A DNA stretch of 63,868 bases, the filler included, from Octopus bimaculoides (lineage: Eukaryota): NCBI RefSeq assembly GCF_001194135.2. It is 5 parts of 5 records of this genome, joined end to end, with 100 filler letters (N's around TTAATTAATTAA, not from the genome) between each part and the next. Parts side by side here need not be neighbours in the genome. Positions count along the whole stretch, not along the records: positions 1 to 31,192 come from NC_068981.1; 4 more parts are not named here. One strand, written 5' to 3'. Under the pieces are notes generated by a model, which made no database searches, was not told where the DNA came from, and worked only from the letters and a program-made list of their open reading frames with translations. Each line of letters begins with the position of its first letter. Position 1 is the stretch's first letter. The translations under genes were made by a program, and so were the position numbers. Shown here piece by piece: positions 13,124 to 25,547 of the stretch.

Positions 13124-14004
13124 CGGGGTCTGGTCAATAAATATCAGGACTGTTACCATAGTAACGAAGCTAAAGCACGCAGAGTGAAGCCGCTTGGCAC
13201 GAACTGATCTTGAACTCTGCCAAGTTTTAACGTTGTAGCTCACTTCCGCTGTTTACAGCAGTGCTTGGAAGGAAAGTGTGTAGCGTGTGATCGTCGCATT
13301 GACCATGACAGAGAAAATTGTCATGGCGACACCTGCTCAGTCGCCTACGCAAAGTTGCAGAAAGTGTATGGACGGGAGTGTATGAGCAGCACACAAGTGT
13401 ACGAGTGGTTCAGACGTTTCCAAGACGGTAAAAAAATGTCGATTTTGACGAATGTTCTTGGTGACCCGCAACCAGCATAAATGAGAAAAAACATCGCAGA
13501 TGTACGTGCAGTTGTGAGGGGAAATCGCCGAATCACCATCCGTAATTATCAGAGGATGTGCAGATTAGTTACGGTTCAGTTCAGTCCATTATCACCGAAG
13601 ATTTGGGTATGAGACGCGTATCTGCCAAGTTTGTGCCAAAACCTCTTTCAGTTGACCAAAAAGACACACGGGTCTCAGTTGCACAAGTTCTCCTTGAATG
13701 TGTTGAGAACGATGAAAACTTTTTGAAAACTTTACGTAGGCGTCTGAGGAAGTATCGCCAAGGTTTTGGTAAAATTTGATGCAGCTTCTCCGCTTAACTG
13801 TCTCTGTCATTGTCAATGCGACGATGACACGCTAGACAGGTTACATCTAAGCACTGCTGTACACAGCAGAAATAAGCCAGAACGTTAGAATTTAGTGCGC
13901 ATGCACAGCGGAGTTCGAGATCAATCCGTGTCAAGCGGCTTTCCTCTGCGTGCTTTAGCTTCGTTACTATAGCAACAGTCCGAATACTTATTGATCAGAC
14001 CACT
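13124..14004 (+). mobile_element. Mariner derivative: N-terminal transposase relic between two inverted 5' ends
   Basis: TA-flanked inverted termini (cggggtctggtcaataa / ttattgatcagaccact). Plus-strand relics CMSSTQVYEWFRRFQDG and SIITEDLGMRRVSAKFVPK (mariner HTH/linker); minus strand MTETVKRRSCIKFYQNLG is a second copy of the N-terminus. Confidence 0.92.
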
Positions 14005-14191
14005 TATGTAGTGTTTTATTGAAGCTAAAAAATCTTTACAAACTGTTACACAGAATTTCACGCAACCAATCACGAAACAGAAGTGAAAAAGTACATTTAC
14101 TTCTTTTGGTATTCGAATATCCGACTACAATTTCATCTTTCTTTTTCGCTACTGTGTTAACATGTGAGTATGTATATACATATGTGTGTAA

Positions 14192-14280
<89 letters not shown>

Positions 14281-14392
14281 CATATTCATATATACGTGTA
14301 TGCTTGTGTATATACTTACATGTTTATATGTATGTATGCACATTTATATGTATGCATGTATGTATGTATATATATGTATACCATTCTGCCTA

Positions 14393-14625
14393 AATAATAG
14401 AACTGCAGATACAATATCCCTGCATATCTCACGTCTATTTTCATTCCTCCACTTCACTCTTTATTTCATATCTTCTCTAGAATAACTATTGCTTAACCAT
14501 TTTCTCTCACCGTCTCCGATGAAGGGATATATAAAATATCCCGGAAACAGCTGTATGACCCTCTTTTTATCAATGTTCTGAAATCTTTCATAGCCTTGGA
14601 TTTTTATCTCAATCTCTTAATTTTT

Positions 14626-14628
<3 letters not shown>
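14393..14628 (+). mobile_element. Probable Penelope-like element 3' terminal fragment
   Basis: Contains the hammerhead-like motif at 14512-14559 and ends at a (TA)n run; no diagnostic protein motif, so the call rests on the ribozyme. Confidence 0.5.
14512..14559 (+). ncRNA. Hammerhead-like motif (U4C variant)
   Basis: GUCU-CCGAUGA-A-GGGAUAU/AUAUCCC-G-GAA-ACAGCUGU (palindrome)-A-UGAC (3 of 4 stem I pairs). Confidence 0.6.
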
Positions 14629-14666
<38 letters not shown>

Positions 14667-15201
14667 AAGCATTGGTTATAGAACACACATTAAATTTAGG
14701 TCAACGACTTTACATACAACATCACCCCTGAAACATTTAATCATATATAAATATTACCACGGTTCACAAACACATAAAAAATAATACATATACATAAAAT
14801 CACAGAAGTTAAAAGTATATAATCGGATAATATACAAATAAAACGGCCTAACAAAAAGTTAAATATAAACGGCTAAAAATTCAAAAACTACCAAAAAACC
14901 TAATAAACAAATATAAAATAAGTAAAGGTAAAAATAAAAATAAATATCCACCGACTAAAAAAGTTTTATCAGACGATTAGAATATTTTTAAAAATTTAAA
15001 AAAAAGTTTTTAAATATTTGAAAAAATATTTGAAAAAGTCTTTTACTTCCCCATACAAGTACGTTCAAAGTTCATAAGTAAACAAACTTCCCCAGGTCAA
15101 ATTCACATACATCTTGAAAGAAGTCTTTTACTCCCTCCACACAAGTACGTCCAAATGTTCATAATGAGCAAATTTCACAGGTCAACTTCAACACTCACAT
15201 A

Positions 15202-15283
15202 TACCTATGGCCATTTCAGGAGCTCACCACCGCAGTTTATTCACACTGAAGTGCAATACGGCGATGAGCCCCTCATCAGGATA
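15202..15283 (-). ncRNA. Type-I hammerhead ribozyme motif with a long stem II
   Basis: Minus strand: UAUC-CUGAUGA-[16-bp stem II, arms 15257-15272 and 15219-15234]-U-GAA-AUGGCCAU (palindrome)-A-GGUA; predicted AUA cleavage at 15206. Confidence 0.72.
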
Positions 15284-15399
15284 AACAGGAAACAGGAGAC
15301 ATGCACAGATCAAAACTTCTTAAGAAAAGCTTATATAATTTAAAAGGAAACCTCATAAACGGACCAGTCCAAATTTTCTAATAAAAAATGTCTATTGCT

Positions 15400-15481
15400 A
15401 AACGTTTAGGTGGCTGTAATTAACAGAAATTCAACCACCGGCGAGATTGAATTTCTGTTAATTTCAGCCACCTAAATGTTT
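15400..15481. other. 35-bp inverted repeat with a 12-nt loop
   Basis: aaacgtttaggtggctgtaattaacagaaattcaa / ttgaatttctgttaatttcagccacctaaatgttt; 2 mismatches. Confidence 0.95.
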
Positions 15482-16518
15482 CTTTCTTTTGCGTTTTACT
15501 TAATAACTAGAGGAATTTATGTACGCATGCAATGGGTGTAGAGATACAATATGTGTGGAGCTTATATTGTGGGTGGTGGAAACCAGTTTATTGAGTGTAT
15601 GTCTGCCGTTCTAGGGCGTGTGTGTTTGTGGGTGCGTTTGTGTATGTTCTGGTCAATCTCTTTGCCGGACTCCCAGGTATTGGTGGAGGGCTGAAGCTGG
15701 GGGACTGGTGTTTATAGTCACGGTGGGGCATGCAACTATGATAGAATGTAGGCAAGGATAAAAAATTCACTTCTGCTGTTAAGGTAAATGCTTGGGTGCA
15801 GGGAACTCTTTAAAGTCGCTCTTTTCTCAACCAGGCATAATCTGAACTTCTTTCTGCTATTGAAGTACGCTTTATCTTTCTCTAGAAACGTCCACCTTAT
15901 GCTCAGTGGCGCTTTCTTTCAACTACCATACGTACTTGGCCAGGGGTGTGGCATTACGTCTCGACTGTTTTTGAAGGGGGACTTGTGGTTGATACAGTGG
16001 GTTCTGAAGGAGGGTTAAGTTGCTCCCACGTACCTTCACACGTTTGGTTGCCCATTTGATCCTATTGCTTTTTACCTCTGCCTCGTATCAATGGTCTCTG
16101 TATTACAGTAGCCGTTCAGTGGACATGTTTTGTTCCCCCTATATGGGCATTCTTTCTATGTCTCAGGTATGGGCCTATCTACTAAAATTCTGCCTTACAT
16201 TAAGTGCAGATCTAAAGGAAATTCTCAGGGCGTGCCTATCAAATATTTTGCTGAATTTATTCGCACGGGGGAAGTGCTTGTCTACTAAACTAAGGAAAAT
16301 CATACCTAAAATAGAGAGCAGTCGACATATTTAATTGCATAGCACGTCTACTTCAGTCAATGAAATGACTATAATTTTCTCATCCTCTTTCTCCTTTATT
16401 CTCCTCTTCGCCCTCGTTCTCCTTGTCCTCCTTGTCCTCGTCATCCTCCTCTCTCACTTCCTTCTCCACTTCGTCGTCGTCGTCGTCGTCGTCTTCCTCT
16501 TCCCCTCCTCCTCCTCAG

Positions 16519-17957
16519 TCTTAGGGAAAGTTAATATCAAGAGAGGAATTTTCTAAGGGGGCTCAGTACCCCATTTAATATTTTTCCTATGTTTTATCCC
16601 ACTCAGTTTAGTATTAAGGAAGGCAAAGCAGGATATCATTTCAGAAATAGTAAGAGAAAAATTAACCATTTGCGCTACATGAATGATCTGAAGCTTTTTA
16701 GTAAGAATGCGAAAGAGATAGATTACTTACCACAAACTGTAAGACTCTTCAGCAAAGATAAGACATAGGCATGGAATTTGGCATAGGTAAGCGTGTAATA
16801 TTACTCATGAAGAGACAGGTAGTCAACAGCGAAAGCATCCAATTACCAGATGGCCAGACATTAAAATCATTGAAAGGAGGAGAGAGTTATAAGTATCTAC
16901 GAGTATTAGAATCTGACAAAGTACTAACTATAGAAATGAAAGCGAAAATTCAGGAGTACATCAGAAGGGTGAGGAAACTAAATGGTCCGAATCTAATGAA
17001 GGCAGTAGATACTCGGGCAGTATCATTACTTAGATACTCAGCAGCTTTTGTAGATTGAACAAAATCTGAATTAGAAAAGCTAGACAGAAGAACTAGGAAG
17101 GAATTCAATATGAATGGAGAATTGCACTCAAATGCAGGAGTAGCAAAATTATACTTAGCTAGAAAGAAAGGCGAAAGAAGATTAATATCAGTGGAAGACT
17201 GCGTGGAGTTAGTTAGATTAGATGTAGACTCCCATGTAGTTAATAGTAGAAAAAAAAAAATAATGATAATAATAAAAATACAGAGTAGACAACACATCAG
17301 AAAGTGTTAAGTGCAGAATCTGTGGACAAAATGATGAAACTGTGTGGCATGTTACCAGCCAATGTACGCCACTAGCCCAGAAGAAATATAAGAGACGCCA
17401 CGACAGTATAGCCAAGCTTGTCCATTGGACGCTTTGCAAAAAGTATGGTCTTGGCAGAGCAAAAAATTGGTACGACCACAAACCCGAAGGCATCATCAAA
17501 AATGATAATGCAAAGATCCTGTGGGATTTTATGATTCAGTGCGACCATGAGATAGAGAATAGGAAGCCGGACATAGTCTTCATTGAGAAAGAAAACAAAC
17601 TAAGCTGAATCATAGATATAACATGCCCAGCTGACAACAAGGTGTGCAATAAGGAAGAAAGAAAAGTTGATAGGTATGACAGGTTAGCTCGGGAGGTACA
17701 GCAGTTGTGGTCGCTGAAAAAGGCGGTAGTGGTACGAATAATTGTCGGAGCCCTGGGAACAGTGAGTAAAAACCTTGAGAAGTACATGGAACAAATAGGG
17801 GCAGCAATGAGGGTGGAGCACTTGCAGAAAATAGTACTACTTAAACCGCTCGAATACTCCGGAAGGTGCTCGAAAACTAAGGGGTGTTACCTTAGTTCAC
17901 TAGTAGTGAACAGTTGACATTGTAACACATCTCCAGCGTTAGAAGCTGTGTAAAGGC

Positions 17958-17991
<34 letters not shown>
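16519..17991 (+). mobile_element. 5'-truncated R4/Dong-clade non-LTR retrotransposon (RT end, CCHC finger, RLE)
   Basis: KRGIFxGDS-like, INHLRYMNDLKLF, IGMEFGIGK, YKYLRVLE, CRICGQNDETVWHVTSQC, LWDFMIQCDHEIENRKPDIV, IIVGALG; (AAT)n tail; stops, frameshifts and an internal deletion near 17250. Confidence 0.93.
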
Positions 17992-18020
<29 letters not shown>

Positions 18021-18028
18021 AAGACGTG

Positions 18029-18680
18029 TAATTCGGGGGAGGGGTAGTCGATCATATTGACCCTCCAGTACTTGACTGGTACTTAATTTATCGAATCCCG
18101 AAGGATGAAAGGCAAAGTCAACCTCGGCGGAATTTGGACTCAGAAGCTAAACACGAACGAATGGCCGCTAAGCATTTTGGCGAGTGTGCTAAAAATCTTG
18201 TCAGCTCGCTGCCTTAAAATATAGTAATAACAAACCTTTCTACGAGAGGCACATGGCCTTATATTTAGGGAAGGGGGATAATTGATCACATCGACGCCCA
18301 GTGCGTAACTGGTAATTATTTCATCGACCCCGAAAGGATGAAAGGCAAAGTCAACCTTGCCGGAATTCGAACTCAGAACGCAGCGACGGGTGAAATATCT
18401 CTAAGCATTTTGCACGGCGTGCTACCGATTCTGCCATTTCAACGGGTTATTAAAAATAATAATAATTCTTTCTACTATAGGCACAAGGCCTGGATTTTCT
18501 GGGGAGGGCGATAGTCGATCATATCGATCCTAGTGCTCAACTGGTACTTAATCTAATCTATCATCCCTAAAAGGATGAGAGGCAAAGTCAACCTCGGCAG
18601 AATTTTAAATCAGAATGTAGTGACGGGCGAAATGCCGTTGTTTTGCTCGGCCTGCTAACAGTTCTGCCAGCTCGCCGTCT
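18029..18680 (-). mobile_element. Three tandem SINE family A copies (18029-18215, 18236-18445, 18466-18680)
   Basis: Each contains gatga(a/g)aggcaaagtcaacct...gaatt...ctcagaa or a close variant (reverse complement of the family A body). Confidence 0.92.
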
Positions 18681-18715
18681 GGCGATAACAATTACGACAA
18701 TAGCAATGATAATAA

Positions 18716-18870
<155 letters not shown>

Positions 18871-19247
18871 ATAATATGGAATAGGAAGATCTGCAGTGCG
18901 CAAATTTTAAATCTTTTTCATGTTGAGTGTTGAACTCCTGCTGGGGTTAGACTTAGTTGTCCTTCTTCCGGCCTCAATAAAATCTCACTCAATCAAGTAC
19001 AGCATCCGATTAAATCGAATATACTTCTCCCTCAAAATGTGTGGCCTCCTGCCTATGGTGCAATAAAATTACTATTACTACAATTATAATTTTCGTCTCT
19101 TCATTGTCTAACAAATATTCGTGTTTAAACGTTAGAAAGTGGTGAGATAAATTTGTAATACCAATTGAAATTTATTTCACTTGCAGATACAGACACACAC
19201 ACACACACACACTTACACACGCGTCACACACGCACAAATACACACAC

Positions 19248-19305
<58 letters not shown>

Positions 19306-20142
19306 NNNNNNNNNNNNNNNNNNNNNNNNNNNNNNNNNNNNNNNNNNNNNNNNNNNNNNNNNNNNNNNNNNNNNNNNNNNNNNNNNNNNNNNNNNNNNNN
19401 NNNNNNNNNNNNNNNNNNNNNNNNNNNNNNNNNNNNNNNNNNNNNNNNNNNNNNNNNNNNNNNNNNNNNNNNNNNNNNNNNNNNNNNNNNNNNNNNNNNN
19501 NNNNNNNNNNNNNNNNNNNNNNNNNNNNNNNNNNNNNNNNNNNNNNNNNNNNNNNNNNNNNNNNNNNNNNNNNNNNNNNNNNNNNNNNNNNNNNNNNNNN
19601 NNNNNNNNNNNNNNNNNNNNNNNNNNNNNNNNNNNNNNNNNNNNNNNNNNNNNNNNNNNNNNNNNNNNNNNNNNNNNNNNNNNNNNNNNNNNNNNNNNNN
19701 NNNNNNNNNATATATATATATATATACATGTATGCTTGATGGATGTATGCATGTTTATATACATGTATATGCACACACACGCGCGCGCGCACACACACAC
19801 GCACATACACTCACATATATGCACGTCTAGATTATATTATACTATGTGTTTTGTACACATACGTGTACTGTGTGTGTGCATATGTGTGTTTTTCAATCGT
19901 TTTTTGATTCTTCACACTTCCTTTTCTCGTTCCAGTTTTGACGCCTCTGGATACATCATGAAGTCTTGTCTGCAATATTACCTAGTTTATTAAATAACTA
20001 TCCAAAATTTTTTTTCCTTTAGGCTTTGCGTGCGTTTCGAAATTCTTTTCAAAGAGAACTGACGTGTATCTCTCTATTGTTGCATTAGCACGAGGTCATG
20101 TTGTGTTCACCGTAGGGACACCATTATGTTTCCATTATCTAT

Positions 20143-20232
<90 letters not shown>

Positions 20233-20570
20233 GCACACACACACAAAGACACTCACACACACACACACAAATAATCGTACAAGGCCGCACATACCCATAT
20301 ACTTAGATACATGTGCATGTGCACATTACAGTACACACAGAGGTACAACACATATAGATGCACAATCTGCACAACATTCACACGAACACACACGCATACA
20401 CATTCTCTCTTCGTTTCTCTCCGTCACATGCGCACACACATCATTCTGCTAAAGGCAGTGTATTCGGAGCGCATCAATCTCTTCTGCTACAGGCAATTTT
20501 GCACTTAGAATTCCTAAAATTTCATGTAGCAGCAAACTTTTTCCTAATTTTTTTTTCTTTTACTTCTCGC

Positions 20571-20662
<92 letters not shown>

Positions 20663-21508
20663 TTATTGTTATTATTATTTTAACCAAAATAGATTTCACT
20701 AAATCTAGACAATCATGAAGCAAAGTTCAATGGTCGTTAATTGTATTGAAGAAAAGAGAAGAAAGAGTGAATGATGAGGAAAAAAAAAAGAGATGAATAC
20801 AGCATATACTTACTTACATGAATACACTCATACATTCAAAGTAAAACGCTAAATGTCTACTATGGCTGTCAATGCATCAATGTAGCTTACTACGCAAGTA
20901 AAATGGCGGCTCTTATCTATGATTAGCAAAAGCCGAAGAGAAATTAAAATTGATAATAGAATTTTCGAATATAAAATATCAGTCTACTAAACAAGGGAAA
21001 TAGAAAAAAAAGCCCAACCTAAAACATACACATAAGCACATGAATACATACATACATACATGCAAACACACACGCGTGCGTATATGTATATATATGTTCA
21101 TATATACATGTATGTATTTGTGCGTGTGTGTGTGTGTGTGTGTATATAATATAGATATGTATGTATATGTGCATGTATGTGAATGTGGGTGTACATCTGT
21201 GTCTTTGAGTGTGTGTGTGTGTGTGTGTGTGTGCGTTTATTGCTATCTTAAAAAAAGAAAAGATATTAAGAGAAAAAGAAATTAGCGAGCTGAAATTTGT
21301 CTTTGATGAATTAATACTGAAAAGATGATAAGCTGCAACGAAATTCTATACCGATTCAGTTGTCGATAAGAGACGAGATTTGAAATATAGGGGGGAAAAA
21401 ATAAAAAACAAAAACAAAAAATAAATACAACCCTCCCTCTAAAAAAAGAATGACAGAAATCTTTTCTTATACGTCATGCTATATTTGTTATCGTTACTGT
21501 TGTTGTTA

Positions 21509-21585
<77 letters not shown>

Positions 21586-22125
21586 TAAGATAATTGCATA
21601 AAATATCGAACGTTAAGCGTTTAGAAAAGTGAAAAGAATTTGAAATAAGGAAATAAAAAAAAAAACGTTTTTCGAAGTCTCNNNNNNNNNNNNNNNNNNN
21701 NNNNNNNNNNNNNNNNNNNNNNNNNNNNNNNNNNNNNNNNNNNNNNNNNNNNNNNNNNNNNNNNNNNNNNNNNNNNNNNNNNNNNNNNNNNNNNNNNNNN
21801 NNNNNNNNNNNNNNNNNNNNNNNNNNNNNNNNNNNNNNNNNNNNNNNNNNNNNNNNNNNNNNNNNNNNNNNNNNNNNNNNNNNNNNNNNNNNNNNNNNNN
21901 NNNNNNNNNNNNNNNNNNNNNNNNNNNNNNNNNNNNNNNNNNNNNNNNNNNNNNNNNNNNNNNNNNNNNNNNNNNNNNNNNNNNNNNNNNNNNNNNNNNN
22001 NNNNNNNNNNNNNNNNNNNNNNNNNNNNNNNNNNNNNNNNNNNNNNNNNNTATATGAAAGATTTGTTGTTGAAGTTGCTGGAGTACGGAGTTATCTTTAT
22101 ATGGGTTTATAAAATTGAAATGGAC

Positions 22126-22210
<85 letters not shown>

Positions 22211-23479
22211 TCATTATTTTATATATAAATATATATATGTGTATATTAGAGGAAATATAATTATTACAGAAAATGTTTAAGGTAAAGGCAAAGTGTAGCT
22301 GAATCCTAAATATATTTATAACACTTTCGGAAAATGAACAATGAATTTACTTGATCGCCTTACCATTCAATCAAAATAATAATAAAAATGAAAAGAATAC
22401 TGAAAATAAAAAGGAAAAGAATACTGAAGTATTAAAATAAATATATAAAATGGAAAATATAGAATTATAAGCAAAAGAAGTCCATTTAGTATATGTGTTT
22501 GCTTGGCTTGGAAGTTTAAAAATATTATCTTATCATTCTCCTCCTATTTGATATATATGTGTGTGCGTGTGTGTACGCGTGTGTGTGTATGTATATATGT
22601 ATACATGCATGTATGTACATATATATATGTATATATATTTATATATGTATGTTTATATATGTATATATATTTTTTATGTGTATGTTTGTATATTTTAGTT
22701 TGCATTTTATATATTTTGTTTGGCTTTGATGAAAAAAAGAATGGAAACATATTTTAGCAATATGAAGGAAATTATTATTTCCATATCAGATATCTCTCTC
22801 TTTCTCTCTTTCTTCATTTAAATCTACACATATGCTCACACTTTCTGTGACTACTTCTCATCTTTTCGTTCACAATATAAACTCTCTAGTGTTATATATA
22901 TATTTGAAAAGAAAGATATCTTGTTAAGCACTATTCAATCCCATGGCATTAAAGTTCTCTTCCTGTTTAATGTTAGACAGCGTAGAGAAAACGAAACGAT
23001 GTTTGATTGGTATTTGAAAAAAAAACTAGATAGGTCGATGTTTGATGCTCCCCTATCTCTCTTTGTTCCCTACGTTTATACGTACAGGCATATATATCTT
23101 TATAGTTTAAAACCAATATGGCTGCAAATAAAAATAACGGATATGAAAGAAAATCTAACGTAGCACCCGATGGAAATGGAAGTCACCTCTCACGTGTTAG
23201 CTGTTAGACAGGTTCGATTTCCACTGGTTACGAGTTTTATAATTTTTATCTACGTGTACAGCCAGCTGTAACATAACCATCACTGTATGCATTTGAAGTA
23301 TGAGCAACAATTATAATTGTTTCTTTAGCTCAGTTTGTAAGCATGTCACACTACAACCTGGACCTTGAGAGCATTTTGCGGAGTTCACTCTATCTTAAGC
23401 ATTGGGGCCAGGCATCTGCGAAGGAACTACTGTGTCCGTTCCACACACCGCGAAGTTCTACTCAACTCCAAAACAGTGA

Positions 23480-23890
23480 AAACTAGAAGTACAGTTATTG
23501 GAATTTTCCGTTCATGTATCCAATATTTGTGTATTTCGTAGCAATCTGGATTGCACTTGTCACCTCATACTCACACGGAAATCACGCATCTTACCTTTCT
23601 GAGATATGCTTCAACGCCTGTTTCCAATCTATCTTTGCTGACGAGGCCACATTTTTTATTCCAACTTCACTGTGAATCTATTACCTGCACATATGTAGAC
23701 TTCACTCTACTAGCCACTCATTTCCTCCAGTTGCTCTGACTCAAAGTCTCCCTTCTTTCATTCCCCTCATATAACTACATCCTCTACCGCTTTCTTACTT
23801 CTAAACACAATCATCTCTTTGACCATATCGTCTCCTGTATTGAAGATACATATCTTACTTTACCTTCTCTAAGGTCATCACCTTCGGTAA
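23480..23890 (-). mobile_element. Possible heavily decayed L1/Tx1 APE-endonuclease fragment
   Basis: Minus strand: DDLREGKV..SIQET, and further on VSMR and a GY..KF-like trace; only scattered motif remnants. Confidence 0.3.
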
Positions 23891-25182
23891 ATTTCAACTG
23901 TTGTAGTTTCGCGTGGCTCTCTCTCACTCATATAATATCAACGCTACTAATACAGAATTTGAATTCTACTTAAACCTCAATCCCTTGCATCAGTTTATTT
24001 TATTCCCTACAGGTATCAGAGATTAACATACAGGGACACGAAGTACCAGTGATAACTTTCTCATCTTCAAACCTAATTTTTACCAAAATCTGTCTCCGAA
24101 CCGATCTCCTTTGCCAGTCACTACCACAGTGCCTCTGCCCTTTACACATGCACAAATCACGTAACAATCCTAGCCTGGAGCACATAAAACCATCTGACTG
24201 GTTGGAACTTTGAATGTTTTTATGTGAACTACTAATAGTAGCTGGCAGCATGTGCTCAACAAGTGACCCACCAGAAGCAACCAAGCGCCTGGGTGAAGCT
24301 ACCCTTTGGAGCATGTCCCAACATTTCTTTCATGTGGTTCATTCATGGTCGTGTTGAAGTTGATTTAGACTAAAAACAATATCTGGAGGAACTCACGCCT
24401 CAAGACAGCCGCCAAAAAACTGAGAGAATTTACTGCAGGTATGCAATTCGTAGTAGAACCACTATTCTTGTCACAAAGAGATTTTTCAGACATCGTACAT
24501 CAATATATGCCGCCTTCCAAACCACAGGCGATCCTTTTAGATCCTATATATATATNNNNNNNNNNNNNNNNNNNNNNNNNNNNNNNNNNNNNNNNNNNNN
24601 NNNNNNNNNNNNNNNNNNNNNNNNNNNNNNNNNNNNNNNNNNNNNNNNNNNNNNNNNNNNNNNNNNNNNNNNNNNNNNNNNNNNNNNNNNNNNNNNNNNN
24701 NNNNNNNNNNNNNNNNNNNNNNNNNNNNNNNNNNNNNNNNNNNNNNNNNNNNNNNNNNNNNNNNNNNNNNNNNNNNNNNNNNNNNNNNNNNNNNNNNNNN
24801 NNNNNNNNNNNNNNNNNNNNNNNNNNNNNNNNNNNNNNNNNNNNNNNNNNNNNNNNNNNNNNNNNNNNNNNNNNNNNNNNNNNNNNNNNNNNNNNNNNNN
24901 NNNNNNNNNNNNNNNNNNNNNNNNNNNNNNNNNNNNNNNNNNNNNNNNNNNNNNNNNNNNNNNNNNNNNNNNNNNNNNNNNNNNNNNNNNNNNNNNNNNN
25001 NNNNNNNNNNNNNNNNNNNNNNNNNNNNNNNNNNNNNNNNNNNNNNNNNNNNNNNNNNNNNNNNNNNNNNNNNNNNNNNNNNNNNNNNNNNNNNNNNNNN
25101 NNNNNNNNNNNNNNNNNNNNNNNNNNNNNNNNNNNNNNNNNNNNNNNNNNNNNNNNNNNNNNNNNNNNNNNNNNNNNNNNNN

Positions 25183-25547
25183 GGCTATGCTGGAGCACCG
25201 CCTTTAGTCGAGCAAATCGACCCCGGAACTTATTCTTTGTAAGCCTAGTACTTATTCCATCGGTCTCTTTTGCCGAACCGCTAAGTTACGGGGACGTAAA
25301 CACACCAGCATCGGTTGTCAAGCGATGTTGAGGGGACAAACACAGGCACACAAACACACACACACACATATATATATACATATACATATATACGACGGGC
25401 TTCTTTCAGTTTCCGTCTACCAAATCCACTTACATGGCTTTGGTCGGCCCGAAGCTATAGTAGAAGACACTTGCCCAAGATGCCACGCAGTGGGACTGAA
25501 CCCAGAACTATGTGGTTGCTAAGCAAGCTACTTACCACACAGCCACT
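25183..25547 (-). mobile_element. Bipartite SINE family B, near full length
   Basis: Minus strand: tRNA-like head, then tcttgggcaagtgtcttc (CORE-like), internal (TA)/(TG) SSR, then ttagcggttcggcaaaagagaccg...gtcgatttgctcgactaaaggcggtgctccagcat. Confidence 0.92.

Larger units (their letters stand above)
15032..16330 (-). mobile_element. Decayed Penelope-like element: GIY-YIG end of the ORF (about 16303 to 15730) plus 3' region with a hammerhead
   Basis: Minus strand with frameshifts: FLSLVDKHFPRANKFSKIFDRHALRISF, CPLNGYC, RYVGATxPSFRTHCINHKS, NATPLAKYVWxLKES, IRWTFLEK...RLCLVEK...YLNSRSEF; these match PLE thumb/GIY-YIG motifs. Confidence 0.88.

Noticed and set aside
20890-20915. YY1-like AAAATGGCGGC as a promoter
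   Set aside because: A single short motif without a CpG island or downstream gene evidence.
23550-23561. miR-92-like ATTGCACTTGTC
   Set aside because: Only 12 nt match; the 3' half diverges and there is no precursor hairpin.
24013-24439. Candidate exons (acceptor ttccctacAG, donor cagGTATGC)
   Set aside because: Stops lie between the sites, no homology is recognised, and the context is repeat-like.
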